Shown here: in pieces, positions 58,845 through 59,341 of the stretch
Position numbering within the stretch: the first letter of the stretch is position 1
How the letters are laid out: the number at the start of each line of letters is the position of its first letter
Virus record (IMG/VR): IMGVR_UViG_3300038334_000010
Coordinates: 1 to 59,341 of that record
Origin: a virus
Taxonomy: Duplodnaviria; Caudoviricetes
Length of the DNA: 59,341 nt
Direction: 5' to 3' (one strand)
Notes under the pieces: generated by a model
What the model saw: only the letters and a program-made list of their open reading frames with translations
Database searches by the model: none
What the model was told of the DNA's origin: nothing
Translations under genes and position numbers: made by a program

Positions 58845-59341
58845 CTACGCTTCGCGCCAGCTATTCGGATGCGCCGGATCGTTGGCGTAGGTGCAGGCGA
58901 TCACGTTGCCATCGACGTCGTGTTCGTAGCGCCAGCTTTCCGGATTGGCCGGATCGTTGGCGTAGGTGCGGGCGATCACGTTGCCATCGGCGTCGTGTTC
59001 GCCGCGCCAGCTTTCCGGATTGGCCGGATCGTTGGCGTAGGTGCGGGCGATCACGTTGCCATCGGCGTCGTGTTCGCCGCGCCAGCTTTTCGGATTGGCC
59101 GGATCGTTGGCGAAGGTGCGGGCGATCACTCGCCCAACGGCGTCGTGTTCGTAGCGGTAGCTATTCGGATGCGCCGGATCGTTGGCGTAGGTGCAGGCGA
59201 TCCAGCGCCCAACGGCGTCGTGTTCGTAGCGCCAGCTTTCCGGATTGGCCGGATCGTTGGCGTAGGTGCAGGCGATCCAGCGCCCAACGGCGTCGTGTTC
59301 GCCGCGCCAGCTTTTCGGATTGGCCGGATCGTTGGCGTAGG
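58845..59341 (-). CDS. YD/RHS-like repeat protein, array A, 3' part
   Basis: 75-bp units; open frame to the contig end; ends SWREA*. Confidence 0.8.
   Translation of the reverse strand, partial: YANDPANPKSWRGEHDAVGRWIACTYANDPANPESWRYEHDAVGRWIACTYANDPAHPNSYRYEHDAVGRVIARTFANDPANPKSWRGEHDADGNVIARTYANDPANPESWRGEHDADGNVIARTYANDPANPESWRYEHDVDGNVIACTYANDPAHPNSWREA

Noticed and set aside
1-59341. Diversity-generating retroelement or retron behind the repeat variation
   Set aside because: No reverse transcriptase motif seen in any ORF, and the variation is not adenine-specific
59245-59341. Biological terminal repeat of the virion DNA
   Set aside because: It lies mid-gene inside a tandem array and has a k-mer-like length; better explained as assembly overlap

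Overview
The window looks like one complete, circularly assembled ~59.2 kb tailed-phage genome of podovirus-type organisation. Nt 1-97 are identical to 59245-59341. The SSB sequence suggests a Xanthomonadales-like host, and I saw no integrase. Order on the + strand: Cro-like regulator, replication initiator and DnaB, lysis genes, an extra fibre-like module, TerS/TerL, P22-like portal, scaffold, N4-gp56-type capsid, tail and ejection genes, and a 2116-aa PLxRFG polyvalent protein. An early/recombination operon follows, then a minus-strand accessory operon, a dual-frame C5 methyltransferase and ssb. The most unusual part is a family of YD/RHS-like 25-aa (75-bp) repeat genes at four loci with 10, 8, 1 and 1 units. 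They are built from a small reshuffled allele set, bordered by a conserved 26-bp element and placed behind the clearest promoters: a duplicated bidirectional sigma70 switch and a sigma54/IHF/enhancer-like promoter. Also notable are a 57-nt covarying intergenic hairpin (3 copies), a 101-nt tRNA with an Ile UAU anticodon and 31-nt variable region, and a methyltransferase with two nearly full-length overlapping frames. All product calls come from motif recognition by eye; no searches were run.
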